This document shows positions 55,626-64,000 of a stretch of 64,000 nucleotides of DNA, one piece after another. Every line of letters begins with the position of its first letter. Positions within the stretch are counted from its first letter, which is position 1. The DNA is from an uncultured Acidobacteriota bacterium (GTDB taxonomy: Bacteria; Acidobacteriota; Thermoanaerobaculia; UBA5066): assembly GCA_963839295.1 (NCBI GenBank), contig CAWIUK010000010.1, positions 160,101 through 224,100 on the forward strand. Direction: 5' to 3'. Below the pieces are notes generated by a model. The model made no database searches, had not been told where the DNA came from, and saw only the letters and a program-made list of their open reading frames with translations. Both the position numbers and the translations under genes were made by a program.

Positions 55626-57645
55626 TTGAGCGATCATTCCGACGACCTTCGCGAGGAGCTGGAGCAGACGCGCGCGGAGCTCGCCGCGGCGCGGGCGCGC
55701 ATCACGGCGATGGAGATGAGCTTCTTCTGGAAGCTCCGCAACGCGTGGTGGAGGCTGAAGGACGTCCTCGCGGGCCGCGCGTCCGCCGCGTCGCCGACGC
55801 CGCCGCCCGTCGCGGACGCCGGCCTCGTGCGGCTTCCGGGCTTTTCGCCCGTGCGCTTCCGCGGGCCCGGGCTCGATCGCTCGACGGAGTCCGTGGACGT
55901 CGTCGTTCTCGCGCAAGGCGATCTGCCGGTTCTCGAAACCTGTCTCGACGCGCTGATCCGGCACGCTCGTCCGCCGTACGCGCTCGTCCTCGCCGACCCC
56001 GGCGTTCCGTCCGCCGCGCGCGAGTGGCTGGAAGGCTTCGCGCGCGACCAGGGCGCGCGTCTCGAATCCGGCGCGGACGCCTTCGCGCGGGCTCTCGCCG
56101 CCGGCTCGTCGCGCCACGTCCTTCTCCTCGACGGGCGCGCGCGCGTCGCCGAGAACGTGCTGGACCGGCTGCTCGCGTGTCTCACATCGGACGAAAATGC
56201 CGCGGGGGCCGTCCCGCTCGCGGCCGACGTTCCGGGCGCGGGAGCGGCCTTCGAGCGCGCGGCGCGCGAGATGGCGCTCGCGGACGCCGAGGCCGCGACG
56301 CTCCTCGCCGCCGAGTCGGCGCGCCTCTTCCCGAAGTCCACCGACGGCGGCGGATGCGCGCATCCTCGTCAGGCGCGGCGCGCTGCCCGCGGGCGCCGAG
56401 CGCTCGCCGCGGCAGGTGCTCGAGGTGCTCCGGGCCGGCGGCAGGCTCGTGCTCCTCGCGGACGACACGTGGGTCGAGGGTGCCGCGCGGGCGGAAGGCG
56501 GGCCGCCGGACCGCGTCGTGGCCGGCGTCGCCGCCCGCTTCGCCGTCCTGCCGGAGCGCCTCGCCCTCCGCGAACGCGCGCAGCGCCTCTGGGAGGGCAA
56601 GCGCGTCCTCTACGTGCTGCCCGTCCTCGAGCGCGGCGGCGGGTCGAACGTCGTCCTCTCCGAGGCGCGCGCGATGACGCGGATGGGCGTCGAGACACGC
56701 GTCTTCAACCTCGCGGCCCACCGCGCCGTCTTCGAGAAGAGCTACCCGGCGCCGGGGGTCCCGGTCGTTTACGGGCGCGAGGGCGACCTCGCCGAGGCGG
56801 CCCGCGGCTTCGACGCGGTGATCGGGACGGCGCACTACTCGGTGCCATGGATGGCGCCGCTCGCGCGGCTCCCGAAGCCTCCCGCGCTCGGCTACTGCAT
56901 CCAGGACTACGAGCCGCTCTTCTACGCCGAGGGCACCGCGGACTGGACCCGCGCGTTCGCCTCGTACGGGCTCGTGCCCGGGATGAAGCGATTCTCGAAG
57001 TCGAAGTGGAACGCGGACGAGGTGACCGCGAAGACGGGCCTCGACTGCGCGCTCGTCTCCGCGAGCTTCGACGCGGAGGTCTTCCGCCCGCGCCTGCCGG
57101 CGCCCGCGGAGAGCCCCGTGAGGATCGCCGCGATGGTGCGCCCCTCCACGCCGCGGCGGCAGCCGGGCCTCACGGTGGACGTGATGCGCTCCCTCGCGCG
57201 GAAGCTCGGCGGCAGGGTCGAGATCGTCCTCTTCGGCTCGGAGCCGTCGGACCCCGCCCTCGAGGCGTTCCGCCTCGACTTCCCGCACGTGTTCGCGGGC
57301 GTCCTCGACGACCGGCAGCTCTCGGCGCTCCTGTCGCAGGTGCATGTCTTCGCGGACCTCTCGACGTACCAGGCGCTCGGCGTCGCCTCTCTCGAGGCGA
57401 TGGCGTCGGGTGCCGCCGTCGTCGTCCCCCTCGCGGGCGGCGCGGGCACGTTCGCGGCGCACGAGGGGAACGCGCTCGCCGTCGACACGTCGTCGCCCGG
57501 CGCGTGCGTCGCGTGCCTCGAACGCCTCGCGACGGACCCGGCGCTCCTCGCTTGCCTCTCCGCGCAGGCGATCGCCGATGCCGGCCTCCACACGCCCGAC
57601 CGCGCGGCGGCGGGCATCCTGGAGGTCCTTTTTGGCGAAGCGTAG
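55626..57645 (+). pseudogene. Coiled-coil + GT2 + GT4 fusion glycosyltransferase, interrupted by a +1 frameshift
   Basis: TTG 55626. MSDHSDDLREELEQTRAELAAARARITAMEMSFFWKLRNAWWRLKDVL, then a GT2-like region (VDVVVLAQGDLPVLETCLDAL...) in frame 0 up to ...ARLFPKSTDGG (~56350). The sequence continues in frame +1 (ADARILVRRGAL...GKRVLYVLPVLERGGGSNVV...GVASLEAMASGAAVV, GT4) to the stop at 57645. Confidence 0.75.
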
Positions 57646-58705
57646 GGTCCACGTCCTCCACGGCTTCTACGGCGCGGAGATCCCGTACAGCTGCACGTAC
57701 ATCCGGCTCCTCTGCCCGCTGACCCACCCGGCTCTCGCGGGGGAGGTCGAGCTGACGCACGGGACGGCGGAGGCGATCCCCGACTGCGACCTCCTCGTCG
57801 TCGAGCGCCACACGCTGTGGCCGTACGAGAGGCAGCTCGACGGCTTCCAACGGCTGCTCTCGCGGTGCCGGCAGCGGGGCGTCCCGGTCGTTTACGAGCT
57901 CGACGACAACCTGCTCGACCTGCACCGGGGCGAGCCGTGGGAGGTTTACCCCGGCCCGTTCCTCCGCGGGGTCGTCTCGTTCCTGACGCGTGAGGCCGAC
58001 GGCGTGATCGTCTCGACGCCGGCGCTCGCCGAGCGCCTCCAACGCCTCAGGCCCGGCGTCCTCGTCGTGCCGAACGCCCTCGACGAGTGGCTCTTCGGGT
58101 CCGGGCCGGTGCCGGCGTCCCCGCGCGGCCCGGCGGTGACGATCGGCTACATGGGGACGCTGACGCACGAGGCCGACCTCCGCATGGTGCTCGCGCCGCT
58201 GCGCGCGCTCCTCCGGCGCCACGCCGGCCGCGCGCGGTTCGAGCTCGTGGGCGGGGCAGAGGGGGACCGGGTCGCGTCGCTCTTCGCGGGCCTGCCGTTC
58301 CGGTCGCTGCACCCGCGGCACGAGGATTCGTACCCGAGCTTCGTCCCATGGATGCGGCGGCACCTCGGGTGGGACGTCGCGATCGCGCCGCTCGAGGACG
58401 ACGCGTTCACGCGGTGCAAGTCGGACCTGAAATACCTCGACTACGCGGCGCTCGGGATCCCGGGCGTCTTCAGCGACGTGCGCCCCTACCGCGACACCGT
58501 GCGCCACCGCGAGAACGGCCTCCTCGCCGCGAACGAGCCGAAGGCGTGGGCGGACGCGCTCGAGGAGATCGTGGGCGACGCCGCGCTGCGCGCGCGGCTC
58601 GCGGAGGCCGCGAAAGCCGAGGTGCTCGGCGGCCGGATGCTGAGGACGAACGCCATGCGCTGGCGCGAGGCGATCGAGGCGATCGTGCCCGGGCTCTTCG
58701 GCTAG
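57632..58705 (+). CDS. Glycosyltransferase (GT-B-like, family unassigned)
   Basis: Real part of ORF 57344..58705, from TTG 57632: LAKRRVHVLHGFYGAEIPYSCTYIRLLCPLTHP...VVYELDDNLLDL...KSDLKYLDYAALGIPGVFSD. 357 aa. Overlaps the upstream stop by 14 nt. Confidence 0.72.
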   Translation: MAKRRVHVLHGFYGAEIPYSCTYIRLLCPLTHPALAGEVELTHGTAEAIPDCDLLVVERHTLWPYERQLDGFQRLLSRCRQRGVPVVYELDDNLLDLHRGEPWEVYPGPFLRGVVSFLTREADGVIVSTPALAERLQRLRPGVLVVPNALDEWLFGSGPVPASPRGPAVTIGYMGTLTHEADLRMVLAPLRALLRRHAGRARFELVGGAEGDRVASLFAGLPFRSLHPRHEDSYPSFVPWMRRHLGWDVAIAPLEDDAFTRCKSDLKYLDYAALGIPGVFSDVRPYRDTVRHRENGLLAANEPKAWADALEEIVGDAALRARLAEAAKAEVLGGRMLRTNAMRWREAIEAIVPGLFG

Positions 58706-58709
58706 CCGT

Positions 58710-60500
58710 TCAGCGCACGAGTCGTAATTCGATCCTCGGGGCCTCGAGGACGAGCGGCTTTCCGCCCTCGGCCTCCTCGGCGGTCAGCTTCAGCGTCACG
58801 GTCTTTCCGGCGAACGCCTCGAGGTCCAGAGAGAGCGATTCTCTTCCGCCGGCCGGGACGAGGGCCCGCGCGTCGACGGGCTCGCCGGCGCCGTTCACGA
58901 CCTCGACGCGCGCGCCGCGCGCGAGCATCGGGTCGTCCCTGGATGCGGAAACGCGCGTCTCGAACCGCGCGGACTTCAGGTGCGGCGGCAGGTCCACGCG
59001 CCACGTGACGGCGGCGTCCGGCCCGAGCACGAGGTCGAGGCGGTGGAAGTCGTCCGGGTCGCCGGGCGTCCTACCGTCGCGCGAGAGAAATGCCGCCGCC
59101 TTCGATGGGTCGGTCCCGACGCGCCCGACGGCGACGTCGCCCTGGAGGAGGTACGTGCGGCGAGGACCGAAGACGGACAGCCCGTGCCGCTCCAGGAGTT
59201 CTCCGAGTAATGCCAGCTCGTCCTTCCGGTAGCCGTTCTCCCCCCACTGAAAGACGCGGGCATGACATCCCGGCGGCGCCGTCCGCCATTCCCGCAGACA
59301 CGCGGCCGAGGCCGGTGCGCGCGACGGGAGGTAGAAGGACTTGTCCTCCCAGGTGCGATTCGAATAGACGAGGCCGGAAACGATCGTCGCGAAGCCCGCG
59401 ACCGCGATCGGACGGGGCGCAGCGGCGAGAAGAACGGCGAGGGCAAGCCAGAACACGGTCATCGGTGCGATGTACCAGGGTGTGATGCCCTCGCGGAAGA
59501 AGCCGATTTGAAATGCGAGAAGGAGACCCCACGCGAGGAACGCAAGGGCCGCAATCCTCTGCCTCATCGCGTGTCGTGCGCTCCACACGGAGGCGGCCGC
59601 GAGAACGAGGCCGGCGGCCCCGAAGACGATTGCAGATCGGCGGGGGCCGAAGTCAAGACCGGTCCCGTTCGCGAACGGGCGTCCCAGGAGACCAAGAACG
59701 CCCAGAAGGCCGCGCAGCCCCGGACTCTTCACGACGCTTGGATTCGGGGCGACGAGAAGGAACCACACGTACTGCGAAAGGGCGAGCGCGGCAACGGCGG
59801 GCAGGACGGCCCAGCGTCGAACGCTCCGTTCGCCGGCCGCGAACAGGGCGACGGCGAAGACGGGCCATGCCAGCACGCCGCCCCCCCAGGACCACGACGC
59901 GAGCAGGCCACAGCCCGCGAGGAGCGTCACGCGCAGGCCGGGCCGGTCCGCGAGGCGCGTCGCGGCGAGCGCTCCGGCCGCGAGAGCGACCTGTGCGAGC
60001 TGCATCTGCAGGACGGACTCTCCGAACGTGAACGACGTGACATTCGATGCGGAGAAGGCGAGCGTCGTGAGAACGGGAAGGATCGCCCATCGTGCCGCGC
60101 TCGTCGTGAAGGCGGACGCCATGCACCACACGAGCGCGACCTTGAGCGCCGTCAGGCACAGGCCGAGGCCGAGCTCGACGCGCAGATCCCACGCGAACCA
60201 CCGCGCCTCGGTCCAGTAGATCGGCAGGAGACCCAGCCACGAGTGTCCACCCCAGATCCAGGTGTCGGAGAAAAGGCTCGCGAGCGGGTAGTGCCCCTCG
60301 AGGAGGGCGACGACGATCGGGGCCCTGCCGACATAATCGTTCGACAGGTTGTTCTCGCCGACCGTGAAGACGATCCACGCCATCCTCAGCGGCGAAACGA
60401 GGGCCAGCACCAGCGAGACCGCCTTGCCCGTGCGGCTGACGGGCGGTCCGTCCGGCGTTCCGGCCCCGGCGATCGTGTCCTCGCGGCGGTGGCTCGACAT
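58710..60500 (-). CDS. Polytopic (~13 TM) membrane protein with ~190-aa C-terminal soluble domain; GT-C-like / oligosaccharyltransferase-like candidate (paralog 1)
   Basis: Trimmed from ORF 58710..62360 to ATG 60500 (MSSHRREDTIAGAG...). Has a first-loop motif GENNLSNDY and a C-terminal domain with a Cys pair (ASAACLREWRTAPPGCHARVF). 596 aa. Colinear with the next gene. Confidence 0.75.
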   Translation of the reverse strand: MSSHRREDTIAGAGTPDGPPVSRTGKAVSLVLALVSPLRMAWIVFTVGENNLSNDYVGRAPIVVALLEGHYPLASLFSDTWIWGGHSWLGLLPIYWTEARWFAWDLRVELGLGLCLTALKVALVWCMASAFTTSAARWAILPVLTTLAFSASNVTSFTFGESVLQMQLAQVALAAGALAATRLADRPGLRVTLLAGCGLLASWSWGGGVLAWPVFAVALFAAGERSVRRWAVLPAVAALALSQYVWFLLVAPNPSVVKSPGLRGLLGVLGLLGRPFANGTGLDFGPRRSAIVFGAAGLVLAAASVWSARHAMRQRIAALAFLAWGLLLAFQIGFFREGITPWYIAPMTVFWLALAVLLAAAPRPIAVAGFATIVSGLVYSNRTWEDKSFYLPSRAPASAACLREWRTAPPGCHARVFQWGENGYRKDELALLGELLERHGLSVFGPRRTYLLQGDVAVGRVGTDPSKAAAFLSRDGRTPGDPDDFHRLDLVLGPDAAVTWRVDLPPHLKSARFETRVSASRDDPMLARGARVEVVNGAGEPVDARALVPAGGRESLSLDLEAFAGKTVTLKLTAEEAEGGKPLVLEAPRIELRLVR

Positions 60501-60511
60501 TCGTCCTCGAA

Positions 60512-62254
60512 TCAGTGTACGAGGTGCAGCTCGATCTTCGGCGCCTCGAAGACGAGCGGCGCGCCGGCGGCGGCTTCCCCGGTGCTCAGCCTCAGCGTCA
60601 CGGTCCGTCCGGCGAATGCCCCGAGGTCCAGCGAAAGCGGCGCCCGGCCGCCGGCCGGCACGAGCGCCCGCGCCTCGGCGGTCTCGCCCGCAACCGTCAC
60701 ACGCGCGCCGCGCGCGGGCGGCGCGCCGTCTCCCGAGGCCCGCACGCGCGTGGCGAACCGCGCCGACTCGAGGTCCGGCGGCAGGTCGACGCGCCACGTG
60801 ACCGCGGCGCCGCAAGGGAGGACGAGGTCGAGGCGGCGGAAGTCGTCGGGGTCGCCGCGCGTCCCGCCGTCGCGCGAGAGGAACGCCGTCGCCCCCGGGT
60901 TTTCGTTCGTGACGCGCCCGACGGCGAGGTCGCCCTGGAGGAGGTACGTGCGACGTGGACCGAAGACGGACAGCCGGTGTCGCTCCAGCGGCTCTCCGAG
61001 CATCGCGAGCTCGTTCCGCCTGTACTCTTCCTCGCCCCACAGGAAGACGCGGGCGTGACACCCGGTCGGCGCGGTCCGCCACTCGCGCAGGCACGCGGCC
61101 GACGCGGGCGAGCGCGACGGGAGGAAGAAGGACTTGTCCTCCCAGGTCCGGTTCGAGGTGAGGAATCCGGCCGCGACCACCGCGAAGCCCGCCGCCGCGA
61201 GCGGGCGCGGCGCGGCGGCGAGGAGGCCCGCGAGACCGAGCCAGAAGACGGTCATCGGCACGGTGTACCAGGGCGTGACGTCCGAACGGAACATGGAGAT
61301 CTGGCCCGCGAGGAGAAGGCTCCACGCGAGGAAGGCCAGCGCCGGGAGCCTCTCGCGCAGGGCGCGGCGCGACGCCCAGAGCGCGGCCCCGGCGAGCACG
61401 AGGCCGGCGGTCCCGAAGAGGAACGCCGCCGGGAGGGGGCCGAAGGCGGTGCCCGTGCCGTTTGCGAACGGCCGCCCGAGGAGGTCGGGGACGTGGAGGA
61501 GCCCGCGCGGCCCCGGTGGGCCCACGACGCGCGGAAGCGGCCGCACCGCGAGATACCAGACGTACTGGGAAAGGCCAAGGGCCGCCGCGGCCGGCAGGAG
61601 GGCCCATCGCCGGACGCTCCTCTCGCCCGCCGCGAAGAGCGCGGCCGCAAAGACCGGCCACGCCATCGCGCCTCCGCCCCACGACCACGAGGCGAGAACG
61701 CCGCAGGCCGAGAGGCTGGCGGCCCGCAGGGCGGGCCGGTCCGCGAGGCGCTCGAGGGCGCAGGCCCCCGCCGCGACGGCGACCACCGCGAGCTGCAGCT
61801 CGAGGGTCGACTCGCCGAACGTGAAGGAGGCGGTCTGCGCCACCGAGAACGCGAGCGCCGAGAGCACCGGCAGGAGAAGCCAGCGCCGGCGCGCGGAGAG
61901 CGCCGGGGTCAGCGCGAGCCAGACGAGGAAGGTCCTGAGGGCCGCGAGCGCGAGGCCGATCCCGAGATCGACCCGGACGTCCCACGCGAAGAACCGCGCG
62001 TCGAACCAGTAGATCGGCAGGAGCGCGACCCACGAGTGGCCGGTCGCGACCCACGTGTGGCGGAAGAGAGGCCCGGGCGGGAAGCGTCCCTCGAGAAGCG
62101 CGGCGACGACGGGAACCCGCGCGAGATAGTCGTTCGACAGGTTGTTCTCGCCGTAGTGGAAGACGATCCACGCCATGCGCGCGGGCGCGAGAAGCGCAAG
62201 ACCGATCGACAGGGTCTTCGCGGCCCGGGAAACGGGCCGGTCGTCCGTGCTCAA
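60512..62254 (-). CDS. Polytopic (~13 TM) membrane protein, GT-C-like candidate (paralog 2)
   Basis: Trimmed from ORF 60512..62539 to TTG 62254 (TTGA overlap with the holB stop). LSTDDRPVSRAAKTLSIGLALLAPARMAWIVFHYGENNLSNDYLARVP... shows the same architecture and motifs as 58710..60500. 580 aa. Confidence 0.75.
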   Translation of the reverse strand: MSTDDRPVSRAAKTLSIGLALLAPARMAWIVFHYGENNLSNDYLARVPVVAALLEGRFPPGPLFRHTWVATGHSWVALLPIYWFDARFFAWDVRVDLGIGLALAALRTFLVWLALTPALSARRRWLLLPVLSALAFSVAQTASFTFGESTLELQLAVVAVAAGACALERLADRPALRAASLSACGVLASWSWGGGAMAWPVFAAALFAAGERSVRRWALLPAAAALGLSQYVWYLAVRPLPRVVGPPGPRGLLHVPDLLGRPFANGTGTAFGPLPAAFLFGTAGLVLAGAALWASRRALRERLPALAFLAWSLLLAGQISMFRSDVTPWYTVPMTVFWLGLAGLLAAAPRPLAAAGFAVVAAGFLTSNRTWEDKSFFLPSRSPASAACLREWRTAPTGCHARVFLWGEEEYRRNELAMLGEPLERHRLSVFGPRRTYLLQGDLAVGRVTNENPGATAFLSRDGGTRGDPDDFRRLDLVLPCGAAVTWRVDLPPDLESARFATRVRASGDGAPPARGARVTVAGETAEARALVPAGGRAPLSLDLGAFAGRTVTLRLSTGEAAAGAPLVFEAPKIELHLVH

Positions 62255-63195
62255 AGTCCGAGCGCGAACGCTTCCGCGGCGAGGCGGACGTTGCGGCGCG
62301 AGTCCGAGAGGCTGCCGGCGAGCGCGAGCGCGGCTTCGGCGGCCTCGAGGAGCCGCGCACCGGGCGCGGCGCCGAGGCGCGCGAGGTCGGCGAAGCGCTC
62401 GCGGAAGACGACGTGCACCCCAGCCGGGTCGACGGTCGCGGCCGCCGCGTCGCGCAGGAGCTGGCCGAGGAGCTGCAGGCGGCGCCCGGCCTCGGCCGCG
62501 TCGTCGGCGGCGAGGAGGCCCGCGAGGGCGAGCGCCCACGAGCGCGAGCGCGTCAGGAAGATCCCGGAGACGGCCTCGAGCAGCGCGTCGCGCGTCGCCC
62601 GCGCCTCGGCGAGGTCGAGCTCCGCGGCCTCGTCGGCGTCGTGCGGCACGAAGGCCGCGCGCGCCTCCGCGTCCTCGCGGGAGGCGCCGCGCGCCGCGAG
62701 GGCGGCGGCGGTCCCGGAGCGCGAGGAGCCGGGCAGCGGCCTGACCACGACGCGCGAGAGGATCGTCGGCGGCAGGAGCCGCGGCCGCGTCGCCGTGAGG
62801 AGGAAGCGCGTCTTCGTGGGCGGCTCCTCGAGGATCTTCAGGAGCGCGCTGAACGCCGCGCTCTCCGTCCGGTCCACGTCAAGGAACACGATCGCGCGCA
62901 GCGGCGCCTCGTAGGGGAGCCGCGTGGAATCCGCGGCGACGGCCCTCACGAGCGCCGTCGGGATGCTGGTCTCCTTCGTCTCGGTCTCCTCGAAGTGAGG
63001 GGCGTTCACGCGGCGCCGCCGCTCGGGCGCGGCCACCATCAGGTCCGGGTGCTCCCTGCGGAAGACGCGCCGCGCGGCGCTCGACCCGGGATCGAAGCCG
63101 CGCCCGCAGATCGCCGCGGCGGCCTCCTCGAGCGCGGCGGCCTCGAGCCGCTTCGAGCCCGGGCCCGCGAGGAGGACGACGGGCGCGCCGCTCAC
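62251..63195 (-). CDS. holB: DNA polymerase III delta-prime subunit
   Basis: 314 aa. LLKILEEPPTKTRFLLTATRPRLLPPTILSRV is the clamp-loader delta-prime SRC-region motif. GTG start overlaps the tmk stop (GTGA). Confidence 0.85.
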   Translation of the reverse strand: MSGAPVVLLAGPGSKRLEAAALEEAAAAICGRGFDPGSSAARRVFRREHPDLMVAAPERRRRVNAPHFEETETKETSIPTALVRAVAADSTRLPYEAPLRAIVFLDVDRTESAAFSALLKILEEPPTKTRFLLTATRPRLLPPTILSRVVVRPLPGSSRSGTAAALAARGASREDAEARAAFVPHDADEAAELDLAEARATRDALLEAVSGIFLTRSRSWALALAGLLAADDAAEAGRRLQLLGQLLRDAAAATVDPAGVHVVFRERFADLARLGAAPGARLLEAAEAALALAGSLSDSRRNVRLAAEAFALGL

Positions 63196-63908
63196 TTGCG
63201 CCTCCGGGCCGGGAAGAAGAGGGATTCAAGATCTTCTTCGAGTGAAAGAAAGACGGAGTCGGCCGAGGGCGACGCATCGATGATCACGAATCGCTTCGGC
63301 TCCATTCGGGCGCGCCGGCGGTACGCCGCGCGCACCTTTCGATGGAAATCTTCGTTTTCGCCTTCGAATCGGTCATAGGACGCGCCGTGGCGCTTCGCGA
63401 CGCGCGCGAGCGCGAGCTCGACGGGCAGGTCGAGGAGGTACGTCCGGTCCGGGTCGCGGCGGCACCATCGTTCGTGGAGCTCGTCGACCCTCTTTTCCCC
63501 GAGGCCGCGCCCCGCGCCCTGGTACGCGCGGGAGGCGTCCGTGTACCGGTCGCAGAGGACGTGCGTGCCTTCGGCGAGCGCGGGCTCGATCACCGTCGCG
63601 AGGTGGTGGCGCCGGTCGGCCATCATGAGGAGGAGCTCCGCCCCCGCGTCAATGTGGCCCCTCGAGTGGAGGAGCGCGTCCCTCAGGAGCAGCCCGAGCT
63701 CGGTGCCGCCCGGGTTCCGGGTCGCGAGGACGGGCAGGCCCCGGGCCTTCATCCACTCGGCCGTCCGCGCGATCTGAGAGGTCTTTCCGGAGCCCTCGAT
63801 GCCCTCGAAGGTGATGAAAAGGCCCCGAGAGCCGGCCCGGTTCCTGCGCGTCACGGCGCGGATTCTCACACGCGGCGGGCCGTCCGCGGCCCGGAACGTC
63901 TCTGGCAC
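63192..63908 (-). CDS. tmk: Thymidylate kinase
   Basis: P-loop FITFEGIEGSGKTSQ, DRY motif (LCDRYTDASRAYQG), and lid region. The start is uncertain: ATG 63908, or GTG 63869 or 63854, which would give a more typical short N-terminus. Confidence 0.9.
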   Translation of the reverse strand: MPETFRAADGPPRVRIRAVTRRNRAGSRGLFITFEGIEGSGKTSQIARTAEWMKARGLPVLATRNPGGTELGLLLRDALLHSRGHIDAGAELLLMMADRRHHLATVIEPALAEGTHVLCDRYTDASRAYQGAGRGLGEKRVDELHERWCRRDPDRTYLLDLPVELALARVAKRHGASYDRFEGENEDFHRKVRAAYRRRARMEPKRFVIIDASPSADSVFLSLEEDLESLFFPARRRK

Positions 63909-64000
63909 GCCGTTCGTATACTGGACCCGAGAATGTCCGCCTTGTCGCCGGCTCTGAGCTCCGCACCGGGCGCCGTCGACGCGTCCGGTGCGCCGCGGCG

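Larger units (their letters stand above)
58710..62254 (-). repeat. Tandem gene duplication (two ~1.75-kb paralogous units, 11-nt spacer)
   Basis: Long colinear protein similarity, e.g. LSVFGPRRTYLLQGDVAVGRV vs LSVFGPRRTYLLQGDLAVGRV, and FLPSRAPASAACLREWRTAP vs FLPSRSPASAACLREWRTAP. DNA blocks are similar too, e.g. CCGAAGACGGACAGCC at ~59168 and ~60960. Confidence 0.8.

Noticed and set aside
63933-64000. Possible start of a plus-strand gene (ATG 63933, MSALSPALSSAPGAVDASGAPRR, preceded by TATACT)
   Set aside because: Only 22 codons are visible, the composition is uninformative, and there is no SD. This is too little evidence to call.

Overview
High-GC (~70%) bacterial chromosomal window. Gene content and style suggest an Acidobacteriota-like diderm, but that taxonomy is inference only. 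I saw no rRNA, tRNA, CRISPR array, transposase, integrase or phage genes. Many long ORFs in the six-frame track are Arg/Pro/Gly/Ala-rich off-frame shadows of real genes, so I trimmed or discarded them. Left half (1-32.5 kb): tightly packed housekeeping operons, often joined by 4-nt stop/start overlaps. These include an Slt/TPR-like partial gene, HIT, murA, prmC, and a heme O/heme A block (cupredoxin-like lipoprotein, ctaA, ctaB, ABC ATPase plus ABC-2 permease, DUF420). They also include an enolase-superfamily racemase + M20 hydrolase + GNAT trio, rpmE-prfA, an FHA-GAF-PP2C phosphatase, and a sigma-54 two-component pair with a candidate sigma-54 promoter. Further genes are an outer-membrane barrel, proline dehydrogenase, comF-like, Lrp, glgC, a dnaJ-like gene and an XRE/TPR/lipoprotein module. 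Right half (32.5-62.3 kb): an accessory cell-surface island, the most interesting part of the window. Here wzm and wzt are split 9.5 kb apart by three secreted-protein genes: an FG-GAP lipoprotein, an orphan 549-aa Cys-containing secreted protein with its own promoter, long leader and strong terminator (S-layer-like candidate), and a ~1820-aa LVIVD/Ig/PKD giant surface protein. These are followed by GT4, GNAT, GT2, a nine-heme cytochrome c with a Pro/Thr-rich tail, two GT2-GT4 fusion enzymes, a coiled-coil GT2, a PIG-L deacetylase, a Gly/His/Tyr/Trp-rich PEGA protein, a methyltransferase, another GT, and two tandem paralogous ~13-TM GT-C-like membrane proteins. Three island genes carry frame disruptions: wzt, one GT2-GT4 fusion, and the giant protein, which has about 20 frame switches packed into 1.6 kb. 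No housekeeping gene does. The window ends with holB and tmk.
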